A stretch of DNA of 64,000 nucleotides from Amphiscolops sp. MND2022 (lineage: Eukaryota): NCBI GenBank assembly GCA_964187785.1, contig OZ076413.1:41418001-41482000 (forward strand). The letters run 5' to 3'. Both the position numbers and the translations under genes were made by a program. Every line of letters starts with the position of its first letter. Positions within the stretch are counted from its first letter, which is position 1. The notes under the pieces were generated by a model, which saw only the letters and a list, made by a program, of their open reading frames with translations, had not been told where the DNA came from and did no database searches. This document shows positions 25,888-36,700 of the stretch, one piece after another.

Positions 25888-27237
25888 ATGCAGTTCGGAA
25901 CCTCTAAAGCCGAAATTAAACATGGGATAATCTCCCACCGCCTCTGTTCCTTTTTCAAAGTGGGGAGGAGTGTCCGTGCAGCACAAAAGAGTTTTCGTGC
26001 AGCACTACCAATGGATGTTCAACCTCAAACTGAATCCCAAATAGTAGATGAACATGACCGATCGACGAAGTTAGAGGATTTGAACTTGAAAGATTGGCCT
26101 TTGGAGGATAGTTTCAAACCTGTCTCCAATTTTCTAGACTCAACGCCATGTAACTATCAGGGTACCGAGCCGGAGAAGAGCATAAGGATTCCCAGTCCTA
26201 GTTCAGTATCGTTGTCGAAAAGATCCTCTCTCTTTGAAACCTGTGTTCAGATTTATCAGAAACAGGACCACCAATTAGAGGCCCTGGAGCAGCAGATGGA
26301 TGAGATATCAGCCTTTTTGGAACAAAACACGCTTCGCAGGGAGAAACTGCTAGCGCGAGCGTTAGCACAAATGCAGTTGATAAATGCAGAAGTGCAGGTA
26401 CACCTCAGAAATGCCGATATCAATATTTCACACGACACCGAATCAGAACCATTGACACAGCCATCAAAAGACATGGGGGTGGACCCAACACCTTTGGACA
26501 CCACAACCATGTGTATTGCTGACACTTTGCCTGAATATCACGCCGGTGATAATGGGTTGCGCGAGCGCAACCTCTACTCAAGTGATACGAAGAATGAACG
26601 AATATCAATCTCACCCTCCACTTCCTTATCGCGGGATTCTTCAAGCAACTCTCACTTCCCTGGAACAAGGTCCCTAATATCAACTACGTGGTTGCTACCG
26701 AAGTTGCTGAAAGACTCCAATGAGCCACCTTTTGCTAAACGTGGGCTACAGGATTTTATTCAGGTGGACCCGCCAGTCTTTATCAATTGGTTGCCTGGTG
26801 GTTCAGCTAAAACTCGACCAACTGGTCATAGACGTGGTCGACCACCGCGCACAGACTGTGAGCACTCATGGCAAAAAATTCTGTTGTCCCTTTATGATGG
26901 ACGTCGCCGTGGCCGTCCACCACGCCAAGTTCTACCATGGTCGCTTCGACCGAAGGGACATAGGTCGCTTCTACCGAAGGGACATAGGCGTGGCCGTCCT
27001 CCGAACAACTATTCCAGTCTTGAGACAGACCCAGTCTCCACAGTTTTCTTTATCGGATTTCCTGATGCTTCATGCTTGTTGCACGTCCTGCTGCTATTGG
27101 ATGGTGATGTCTATCCAGTCCAAACCACACTCCACTTCTTTTCAAAGGGGGAGGAGGTGTCGTCAACGCTTAATTTTTCCTGCTGCATTTTTATGTCAGG
27201 CATTCTATTTTGTCCATTCCTCACTATCATCATGTGA
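25888..27237 (+). CDS. Uninterrupted element-borne ORF (449 aa from the first ATG) with a predicted coiled coil, a Ser/Pro-rich region and three AT-hook-like RRGRPP motifs
   Basis: Longest ORF in the window (track 25825-27237; first ATG 25888, alternative ATG 26011). QKQDHQLEALEQQMDEISAFLEQ is heptad-like; motifs HRRGRPPR, RRRGRPPR, HRRGRPPN. Expression unproven. Confidence 0.55.
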   Translation: MQFGTSKAEIKHGIISHRLCSFFKVGRSVRAAQKSFRAALPMDVQPQTESQIVDEHDRSTKLEDLNLKDWPLEDSFKPVSNFLDSTPCNYQGTEPEKSIRIPSPSSVSLSKRSSLFETCVQIYQKQDHQLEALEQQMDEISAFLEQNTLRREKLLARALAQMQLINAEVQVHLRNADINISHDTESEPLTQPSKDMGVDPTPLDTTTMCIADTLPEYHAGDNGLRERNLYSSDTKNERISISPSTSLSRDSSSNSHFPGTRSLISTTWLLPKLLKDSNEPPFAKRGLQDFIQVDPPVFINWLPGGSAKTRPTGHRRGRPPRTDCEHSWQKILLSLYDGRRRGRPPRQVLPWSLRPKGHRSLLPKGHRRGRPPNNYSSLETDPVSTVFFIGFPDASCLLHVLLLLDGDVYPVQTTLHFFSKGEEVSSTLNFSCCIFMSGILFCPFLTIIM

Positions 27238-27253
27238 AAGAGGGTGCTCAACG

Positions 27254-27288
27254 ACTAAGGCCCGGGGAGTCAACTAAGGCCCGGGGAG
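27254..27288 (+). repeat. Two copies of ACTAAGGCCCGGGGAG (period 19)
   Basis: Read directly, just after the ORF stop. Confidence 0.9.
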
Positions 27289-28355
27289 CCTCAGTTGAAG
27301 ACAAACACCCCTACACTCATCAACTCAATTGGATAACGCCCGGAGGATATCACTACGTTTGGTAATGGATACCTTGCAGCGTGATGTTCTTGTTGGAGCA
27401 GTTTTTTCTGCAACTTTGTTTCCTAATTTTAGTAGTCATGTAAACGTACGTCGCGACATTTTTGTTTTTAGTTTTATTTGAGATGTTTGAATTTAAATAC
27501 TTCTGTTAATTCAATAAGTAACACAGAAACTTTAAAAAAAACTCTACATGTGGATCTTCACCCGAAAGGTGCAATTTTTTTCAAGATTTCTAGAAGTTTC
27601 CTCCAGATTCCAACGTGATATCCGAAAAAATAAGGAGCACGCGCGCTCCTGATCTGCAAATGGCAAGATTTGATCTACCTTTGTCTGCTTTACTCCAGCG
27701 CTTACTCTTACGAGCAGTACGTAGTTTGCTTCTGATGCGCTCCTTGACAGATGCTACTGAACTCTATACAAGTATGGAGCTGCACATCAGTGCGTGTTGC
27801 CCAAACCAAACCGAACTGTAAAAAAAGTATCAAAGAAACTGCTTGTCTTCCTTTTAAACAGTGGTTTTACTGCTGAAAAGAACTCTTAGCGAAAAGAACT
27901 TTTAACTGTGCTGCAAACTGAAATTTTATTGCCGTGGAAAAGATGTTTTTGCTGAAAACCACGTGCGCTTTGGAGCGTGAGCGCTCCGTAAAAGAAATTT
28001 TAGACGTCCAAAAACCAAAGTGCTAGCAGTATCCTATTCAGACTTTTGCAGAAAACTCGTGCTAAAAAAGTGGTGCTTTTTTGATTGATGTATGGAATCT
28101 TGGATTTGATCAATTCCAAGGTGCATTTTTGAGTGCTGGTTTTCTAGCTCTCGAGCTAGCTCTGTTTCAACAGTTTCTGGACGATGCAGGTTCTCTGAAT
28201 GGCAAGACGCAAGACCCAAGCAGTTGTCCAATCAGCAAAAGATGACAGTGTCACTGGACCCTTGCAACATCACCAGTTTGAAACCCCCGTGGATTGCACT
28301 CATGATGTGGCGATGTATTCAATGCCAGCCTCTCCGCATGACAGGGACGTCATGC

Positions 28356-28373
28356 ATAAAGCCCGGGAAGTGA
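28356..28373 (+). promoter_or_regulatory. Polypurine-tract-like motif abutting the 3' LTR
   Basis: CATAAAGCCCGGGAAGTGA|TGTAACG; a similar motif precedes the LTR at 60322 on the minus strand. Confidence 0.6.
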
Positions 28374-29155
28374 TGTAACGGCAAGCTCTGGTACAGCAAT
28401 ATCAACCGATTTTGCAACTTTGACATGTTCAGAAATTTTGTCAAAAATTCTAATTCGATGTGTGACGTGGCACGGAGCATGTGATTGCTCTTTTCGCTGT
28501 TTCTACGAAATTGGCAGGTACTTCGACAACAAAGAGCAAGAACGAGCAAAAACACGGGCGCGCCGCCATGACAGAAGCCAGAGACGGCAAGAACATCCGA
28601 AAATAGACTCTTTTGAGGTGCTAACACCGGTTTTATCGATTTTCAGCATTATACTACCCTATGTAGCAGAAACCGGTAAAATGAGTCTTTTCGCTTAATT
28701 GTCCTTGTTTGGTGCTTGGAGCCCCTGCGCCCCAGCTTTTTAGCTGTGTGGTTTGCCATTCCGACGTGTACTTTGATGTATTTTTGCTGGATTTAGCCGT
28801 TTGAACTAGCGCCAGCGCTAGTTTGTGCAATTTTAGATCTTATTCCCCATTTTAGATATTATTCCGATATCAGGTGGAAGATGGAAATTTACACTGTTTA
28901 TTCTTGGCATTGTTTTTAAAGGCTGTCTAAACGGTGGTCCCAGGCAAAGGGCCGAGACGGATGCCCGTTATTCTCAGCAGTTACAGACTGGGACCAGGCC
29001 AGAGAGCGTCCTACAAGACGGTTCCCCCACCTTGGGACTGGCTCCTTCGGAGGGAAAATGAGCTAGGGCCGCTGAGATCTAGGTCCCAGATTATATTCGC
29101 TGTTCTAGTTCCTCCACTCTACGTTGCGGTTCAAGCGCCTGCGCTTATCGTTACA
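28374..29155 (+). repeat. 3' LTR, 782 bp
   Basis: TGTAACG...CGTTACA inverted termini. Confidence 0.95.
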
Positions 29156-29349
29156 TTCCATGCATTATTTCAGAGAACCCGGATGTCAAAACGCGTTTCT
29201 CACAAACCCAAGCTGTCCTGTTATGGATTTGTATTCATCGTTCCTACATAATCAACTTCTAGACGCCATGGAAGAATTAAATGAAACATGAATTGGAGTT
29301 AATTCCGTGCTAGCATGGCATTCCACTGTAAACCACCAGGAGGAGGCAA
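29156..29349 (+). repeat. 194-bp direct repeat, right flank of the LTR element
   Basis: Identical to 20151-20344. Confidence 0.95.
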
Positions 29350-29363
29350 CGATTCACCAAAAT

Positions 29364-29460
29364 TTGATCATTTTTTCCGTAAAAGTTCATCGGCATCAAC
29401 CGGTGGAGCATCGATGGCCACCGGTTGACAACGGTGAACTTTTACGAAAAAAATGACCAA
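29364..29460. repeat. 97-bp imperfect palindrome
   Basis: TTGATCATTTTTTCCGTAAAAGTTCATCG..TCAACCGGTGG pairs with CCACCGGTTGA..CGGTGAACTTTTACGAAAAAAATGACCAA. Confidence 0.85.
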
Positions 29461-30491
29461 TGAATTCCAGAAAACTGTTAAAATATCCAATTTTTGACTG
29501 CCATTCCTTTATAATTGAAACCGGAAGATTTCATCAATTACTTTTGTTGCATTACAAGTTCGATCAAAATGTTTGGCATCTTATGCTAATTTTTCCATGA
29601 TTGATCTTGAAGCACAAATTTTCTTGAAAAGTGGGCATGGCTGTAACAAAAACCTATAACTCGGTGAAAAGTAGTTCAATTGTTATCTAAAGTTCAATAG
29701 CTTGCGTATACAAAGATCTTCGATGGATTCGTTTTTGATACGGAGGTCAAATGATGCGTGATCCTGTGGTTTCATATTCAGCTGAAACAGCCGAAAGCCA
29801 TTAATAACTTTAAGTCTTTGTGTGAAGAAAGCCATACACTGACCGTATATGAAAATTATGAAAGTCATAGCCAGACCATAGAATGCTTTTCAAAGTTATT
29901 GGCAACTAGTTTCCATGTAAGGAAGCATTGTGTGAACTACATGTCAGTTCAACACGGTTGATCACACGTGTAAATGGAAAGGCGACAATTCATCCACACG
30001 TTTAACAGTCACTTTCGTTTCAATGAGAATGTACAAGTTGTTTTCCAGCAATGCTGGTTTCTTGACTAGCTTGTAGCTGACTTACTTTTTGACAAAAAAG
30101 ATGCGCTAGATGTAGTTCAAAATGCCATGAAAACATTCGTTTTATTGACTTTCAAGATTGGGAAAAATGAGAAGCATATCACGGGTTCAATGTGATTCAG
30201 AACTTTGTTTTGTTTATGAATTCATTTGAAGATTAAAGGCGACAAGAAACTTGGAAATGTGTCTTGACAAAGGAGTGCATAAACATTGAAAGTGTCATTG
30301 GAAAACGATTGACAGGAAATAATACCTGATTTGAAGCAGATTTAACAACCAATTCACAAGTTTAGACAGTCTGATTCATTCGTTTGTCGTAATTCTAGCC
30401 AAAAAAATTCAACAGATTTATTGGAGATGAGCCCGGAATAATGACGAAACAAGACGGCAGTTAAGCACGGAAATGTTCTCCGCCATGAAAG

Positions 30492-31040
30492 CCCTAGTTG
30501 AAACTGCAGGAACTTTTTACATGCTGCAGGCATGCATGCAGGGTAATTTTTTATAAAACCTAGAAAATTCACCGAACTTCGGATGGTAAATCATGTACAA
30601 TTACACTGCATTTTTCACTCCTGCAATTAAATTTGAAAATTAATTCCACTACATTACCGACACGATCAGTTTGTAGTTACTTTTTGTTTTCTCAACTACT
30701 CATCTGATGTGATCACCGCTTCTCAAATAGCACGCTGAACATGACGCTAATTTGCAGTTTATTACGCTACTGAAGTTATTTTGCATTAAATTAGCGGTAA
30801 AATTGATGGCGACTTATTTGCTTTCAAAATTATAGCTGCTGCTTAATGAAACCTGCAAAACTTCAAGACTTAAAATCGCCGCCAAAACTTCGATGAATCC
30901 TTCAAGCAGCTTGATAAAAGTTAAATACAACAGGTGAATATTTTCGAATGAAAGTTTCCGTAAGAGTTTCACAATATCATAGTAAAAGTTGCTGGCAACA
31001 TTAAAGTACATACAAAAAGTTCCTGCAGTTTCAACTAGGG
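30492..31040 (+). mobile_element. 549-bp family A non-autonomous DNA transposon
   Basis: Perfect TIR CCCTAGTTGAAACTGCAGGAAC / GTTCCTGCAGTTTCAACTAGGG; flanks AG/TG (one mismatch). Confidence 0.88.
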
Positions 31041-31249
31041 TGCATACAGCGACATGGTTTTCAATTTTTGCCGAGCTGGTAACTCATTGCTTTCATTTGG
31101 CTTTCGGGGCTTGGAGATGAAAGTAAGAATGCCTTAGTTTTCAAAAAGATTTTTCGTAGATTTTGTGCATTTTTGCCCGAAGCAACTTAGAAATCAAACA
31201 TTGCCAGCTACAAAGAAGTAAGGGTCCCATAAACAATCTTAGCTACATT

Positions 31250-32993
31250 CTAAGGTTTGTAGGCTTCCATCCGTGATTCATGGGTAAGCCATGCCGAGAG
31301 TCATTCCATGATCAGAGAAAGATATACATGGCTCATGGATGATCATGGATGAAAAGCCGTGAATCCATGGATGATGATAGATAAAACGCCATAATGCCAT
31401 GGATGATCATGGATACGAAACCATGATGCATGCTTTAGATGATCATGGGAATAACTAACAGTTCCACGTCTGAAAGTGGAAGACAACATGTTAATATATA
31501 GCAAACTTTGTTGGATATAAAACAACCTAATAAATTTTATTCACCAAGTTAGTTCCGAATATTTTTTGAAAAGTTTTTATGTTTAATTTACTGTTGTTTT
31601 CCCATATTTTCTCGAAAAACCTTCGTGTAAACAAACAAAAATTCGTTCCATTTAAGCGCTCCTGGTTTTGTTTTGCTGAAATGCATCAGTTGTTACAGTA
31701 TTGCTGAAAATTTTCATAGCTAAGAAAACCTGTAACGTTCTCACATTGACTTTTTCTAGAATTATGCTTCTCATCACAACTATGATCATTGACGATTAGC
31801 CTTGATTTTCATGAAATTAAAATCACCATGGATGATTAGGCCATGCTACGATTGTGTTGAAAATCACAAAAGATTATTACCCGGGTTGACCCTCTTACTA
31901 GCATCTTGGCTGTCTTGGCAAGATCTTGTCAAATTCTTAGTACATCTTGGCAGCCATGGATCCCATGGCAAGATTCTTATTAAGATCTTACTAAGATAAT
32001 ACTAATTCCAAGATCGTATCTTATCACGATGGACAAAATTTTAAGATTAATAAAAAACACTATACCTTCGGTACAAGCAGCCGAGACTCAATCTAAAGGC
32101 TCATTTCACCCCACAACGACTATTTCTACTCGTTTTCATAATCAAAATGCTTAAACCTGCTGAAAAAATTTTGCATGCAAAAATGCGTGAAAAACTAAGA
32201 TAACGTAGTCTGGCTTCAGAAATTCTGACGAGAATTCTAATAATTCCTCACCTGTTTAAGACTGAAAAATGCCGAATGTACCAAATGAAAGGTAATTTCA
32301 AGGGCTTTTCAAAACTTGTAATTTATCATTCCTGTCGATTCCAGAGACGGTGAAATATGCTCTCAAACGTCCAGATCCACTATCGGAAAGTTACAAAGGA
32401 AAGACCTTAAAATCCTGAAATTTTTGTAAAAATCATATTTCCAGCTTTCTTTGAGCCTGTTTAGCAGCCTTATTACTGCTAGAAACGGCGGTCATTGCTC
32501 TATTTTGGGTAATGATTCAGCTCAAGGCTTATCTGACGCCGTTTTTGGCGACAGTTTTGCAATTGAAAAAAAAATCGATATCGAATTGGTTGTAAAAATC
32601 ATTCAGTAATTTTGTTTTGAGTGATGTCGACTATTTTTGCATAACTCTTAATTTAATGGTTTTCTGATTCTACTTTTTCTCGATATCGAGCAGTTCGTAG
32701 CAATTTTTTTCTTGCCATATTCGGCTTCTTAGTTAGATTTTTCTTGCCATATTGGGCTTCTTAGTAAGATTTTTCTTGGAAACATGGCTCTCTTGATAAG
32801 ATCTTACCATGGCATCTTGCAATTCTTGGCAATATCTTGTCACGATCTTAGCTAAGAATTTTCCAAGATCTTGGCAAGATCTTGCCAAGATCTTACTAAG
32901 ATATCCATGGAGGGTCGACCCGGGTAGTTATACGAATATAGGGATTTGATTATGAATGAAAAACCGAGAACGAGCCATGATGGTCAACCTGGG
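31250..32993. mobile_element. CATG/ATCCATG-rich element (family C) interrupted by family B copy 2
   Basis: 31250-31870 is colinear with 33126-33700 (GTTTG.AGGC, AGTTCCACGTCTG, AAAATTCGTTCCATT); the tail continues after 32924 to GTCAACCTGGG. Boundaries approximate. Confidence 0.55.
31880..32924 (+). mobile_element. 1045-bp family B non-autonomous DNA transposon, copy 2
   Basis: Same TIRs and length as 5327-6371; TA/TA flanks; about 10 substitutions between the copies. Confidence 0.92.
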
Positions 32994-33125
32994 TCTCAAG
33001 GTTTCTTATTGACATCAAAAATGATCTTTTGTCCACTTCACAATTCCAGCTCTTAAATGTCACACTAGGGATAGATATACCAGAAACGTAACCATAAAGA
33101 AAACATGAAGCACAAAACATTTCTA

Positions 33126-33775
33126 CCCAAGTTTGCAGGCAATGAATTTCCATCCATGACTCATTCTTTCATGGGGTCATTGGTTCATGGGTCCATGATC
33201 ATAGAGAGATATCCATGATTCATGGATGATCATGAATGAAAACCCATGAAATGGACTAAACCTCTAGATATTGTGTAATAGCGATGCTCTAAAAAACTCT
33301 CGAACAAAAATTGATGATCTAAAATAAGTAGTTCCACGTCTGGAAGTAAAAGACGATACTGTAGTTACCCATCTTTGTTCCATATAATTACAGCATTACA
33401 AATCAAATTTAACAAGTTTATTTTCAAAATTTAAAGATTTTCAATTTTGTTGTTTTCCCATACTTTTCCATGAGACCCTTTTCGTAAACAAAATTCGTTC
33501 CATTCGAACCTTCCTGATTGGTGTTGCTGAAAAGCATAAACTATCACAAACTCGCTAAAAATGTCTATGGTAAACAATTCATGTATCTTTCTGTCATGGA
33601 TCTTCATGAATCATGGGTTTTCACCATAGCCATGACCATGGATGATTATCCATTATTCGACAGTAATGAAAACACCATGATTGCAAATGATTAACCATAA
33701 TTCGAATGAAATGCAATGATAAAGAAATGATCATGGATAAAAAGCCAAGAATGAGCGATGATTGTGGAGCTTGGG
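33126..33775. mobile_element. Family C element (CCCAAG...CTTGGG ends)
   Basis: Short TIR; subterminal ATCCATG/CATGGAT repeats; similar repeats also at ~13170-13410. Confidence 0.6.
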
Positions 33776-36700
33776 TGTACGCAAAATGTCACAAATACAT
33801 GCGAATCCAGGTTTCCTTGCAAATTTCACAATTTCACACGCTGTCAATTTCTACCATGTCGACACTGTCAACTGATTAAGCTTCCACATCTTGAATTTCA
33901 ATGCTTTTTCTTTCTTGAGACTGTTGGGCTGACTCCTACTGTTGAGTTTACTGTTTAGTGAGAAATTCAAGAGGTTTTCGTCAAGAAAGAACAAACAAGA
34001 TCTCATCAGCATTTTCAAGAGTTAACGAGAAAAAGGTGCAAAAATTGGGAAGAGTCTCAAGGTTAGCCTATTTTTATTTAAAATTGGAACACAGAAAAGC
34101 AACGTGGATTTTCCTAGAACAATATTGTGCTCAAATGTGTGTTTCTAATTTCTTTTTGAACGTTTCACTAATTATTGACGAATTTCGTTAAAACAAATGT
34201 CAGGAACACTTTACTCGAATTTTCACTTGTTTTTGAATGTACTTCGCTGAACATTTCTGCATTACTCATGTTGATGAGAAACTTTTTTCCACAGGACTGA
34301 AACTTAAAAGTTTTTTTTCAGAAAAAAACTAGATCATTTTAAATGAGTTGTTTATCGATCGATACAATTGATTGCCACTGCGTTAGAATTCATTTTTGAG
34401 TTTTGAAGAAGAAAATGTTAATCTGGGAAAAATGATAAAACCCCCATTCCTAGAAGGCAAGGAATTGAGAATTAATTACCATTACCAATGGGTCTTAAAA
34501 CAAGTTTCGTGCTTCAAAAATTGTTTCTTTTTATGACTACTGTCCGATCGATGATGAGACAGGTTTTGTTGTAGAATAAATTCTTGAACAACTAACATAC
34601 GTCCTAACTTAGATTTTTTATGAAAAAGCTCCATCATTTGACAAAAAATTCAAAAGCTAGGCTTGTCAATCATACGGAATGACACATCGAATGTCTCTGC
34701 AAACATGAATAAAAAGATAGCCTTGAAAGCTATGAGCATTAAAAAAAATAATGAATGCTCATTTTTCATCAACTACAGAGTTTTGGCATGTACTTCATCA
34801 ACCTGAATATTTCAGTGTTACTTTTTACAGATTTAGGTTTCCAAAGGAATCAAAAGTTAAAGGACAGACTCAAGCGTACTTACTGTCACGCGTTGCACGA
34901 TCATGTTCAAAGAATGCCAAAAATCCCAAAAATACGAAGGTTTGAAAGTTGTAATTTTCTTTTCTGTTTAAAATGAAACTTACCATTGTAATTCCGATCG
35001 AACTATGAGACTTTTTTGTGCTTGAGACTTATTTGTAACATTCATATATTCAAAAAACGGTCGCTATTTTGAAATTTTCATCTACTATGTTAGCTGTCTT
35101 CAGCTTTTTGGTACCATAGTGTATACCAATAATAAAAAGACGTGGTACGATAATCGTATGATATTTTGTCTTTGAATCTTTGTTTTCAAACAAAAAGAAA
35201 TCTTTTCAGCTAATATTAAAGCATTTGATGTTGTCTCTCTAGAACAGAAATAACATGATCTGCAGACTGAATTTCTGAATCTTTTCAAAGTATATCCGTT
35301 CAGCCTGAGTTCTTGAAAATTACGTAATATCTTAGTGCGATAATCATTACGTCACTCTGACCTAAGATCATTGGGTACTCTTATCAAAACAAAAATAGGA
35401 TGAAGCTCAGCTTATCGAATCTGACGTCATTTTGGATCATTTCAGTGACATCATTTGTTTCAAATCCAATGACGTCAGAAGTACAAGAAGTTTCATGTCA
35501 TCGAATGATAAAGACTACGAATACAAAACAAACTTTACTTTGCTGAGTTATAGTTCTATGCGTTGGTCAGCGCGATTTCGAGGGACTTCTTTGTGGGGAT
35601 TGTTCACTTCTGAATTGTGGCTAATAAAATTTTTTGTACGTTTGCCTAACAATTGATTTTTGACTTTTTGAGTGGATTTGATTCTGCCACTCCTGCTTCA
35701 AAATCCCACATCTAAACCACAAGACAAGGTCTAACTTCTAAACAACAACGAGACTCGGCTGTAGACCACCTAGACTACCATTGTCAGCATTTCATGAGTG
35801 ATGTTTGTCCGAAAATGCTGTAGCAAAACTATAAAGAGAACTATGAGCTACTTGAACATTACATGACAAAAATATTAATTACATGACAAAAATATTAAGG
35901 TATACATCCCGGTAAAATGGATTTCAGTCACGCAGCGTAATCTGTTCAATCTATAAAATGATCATTCATCGTAAGTCAGTTTCGATGGCTCACTCCTGGA
36001 AGGTTTAGCTGTGTCAACGAGTGTAATTCAAAATAGTGTAAACTAGTCAAGGCGCGTAGTCAGTGAAAAGTGAAAGTTGGTGCAAAATTTCAGTCAAACT
36101 TTAATTAACTTCCACTTATTACAAGTATAGCGATCCACAATTCGCAATAAGTTGAATGTGGTCAAAGTTTGACTTTGAAATAGTGAAAGTTATTTAGGGA
36201 AACGTTTCGTAAGTATCAATATAAAAATAAATAAACAAGAGGCCCCACTGAGCAACTGATATTTCTCTCTTAAACTGTTTTAGAAATTGCATATGTTTAT
36301 GGCTCCAACGTTGCCGATAGACTACTAAGAAGCGGAAAATCCGAAAAAAAAAGACCCTTTTCAGTTCATCATATCACTTCTTGACAAAACTTCATAAAAG
36401 TTCGCCACTTCACTTTTATGCGGTGATAACTTCTCCGAATAACATGCCCACAAAACGACTAAAAGATTGTAAACTATTGGTCAAAAAGTGTAGAAAATTG
36501 TGTTGGAAAAAGATGAGAGTTTAAGTCCCATATTCCTCAAGGTGGAGATTGAACCAGCACTTCTGCTTTTCCAAGTGTGTTCACTTCTGCGATACTATAT
36601 TCCCATTGCAAGCATTGATACCATTGTTGCCACCGAAATTTCAAGTGATGGTTGACTTGATGCTGTAATTTTGACACACTTTGCTCAAATTAAACCAGAC

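Larger units (their letters stand above)
20340..29155 (+). mobile_element. Non-autonomous LTR retrotransposon (LARD-like), 8.8 kb, recent
   Basis: Two ~780-bp LTRs differing at 4 positions I could find; PBS-like motif at 21131; purine-rich motif before the 3' LTR; no RT, RNase H or integrase motifs in the internal ORFs. Confidence 0.9.

Noticed and set aside
26720..27277. Overlapping 185-aa ORF
   Set aside because: Probably an alternative-frame shadow of the GC-rich, repetitive part of the long ORF.
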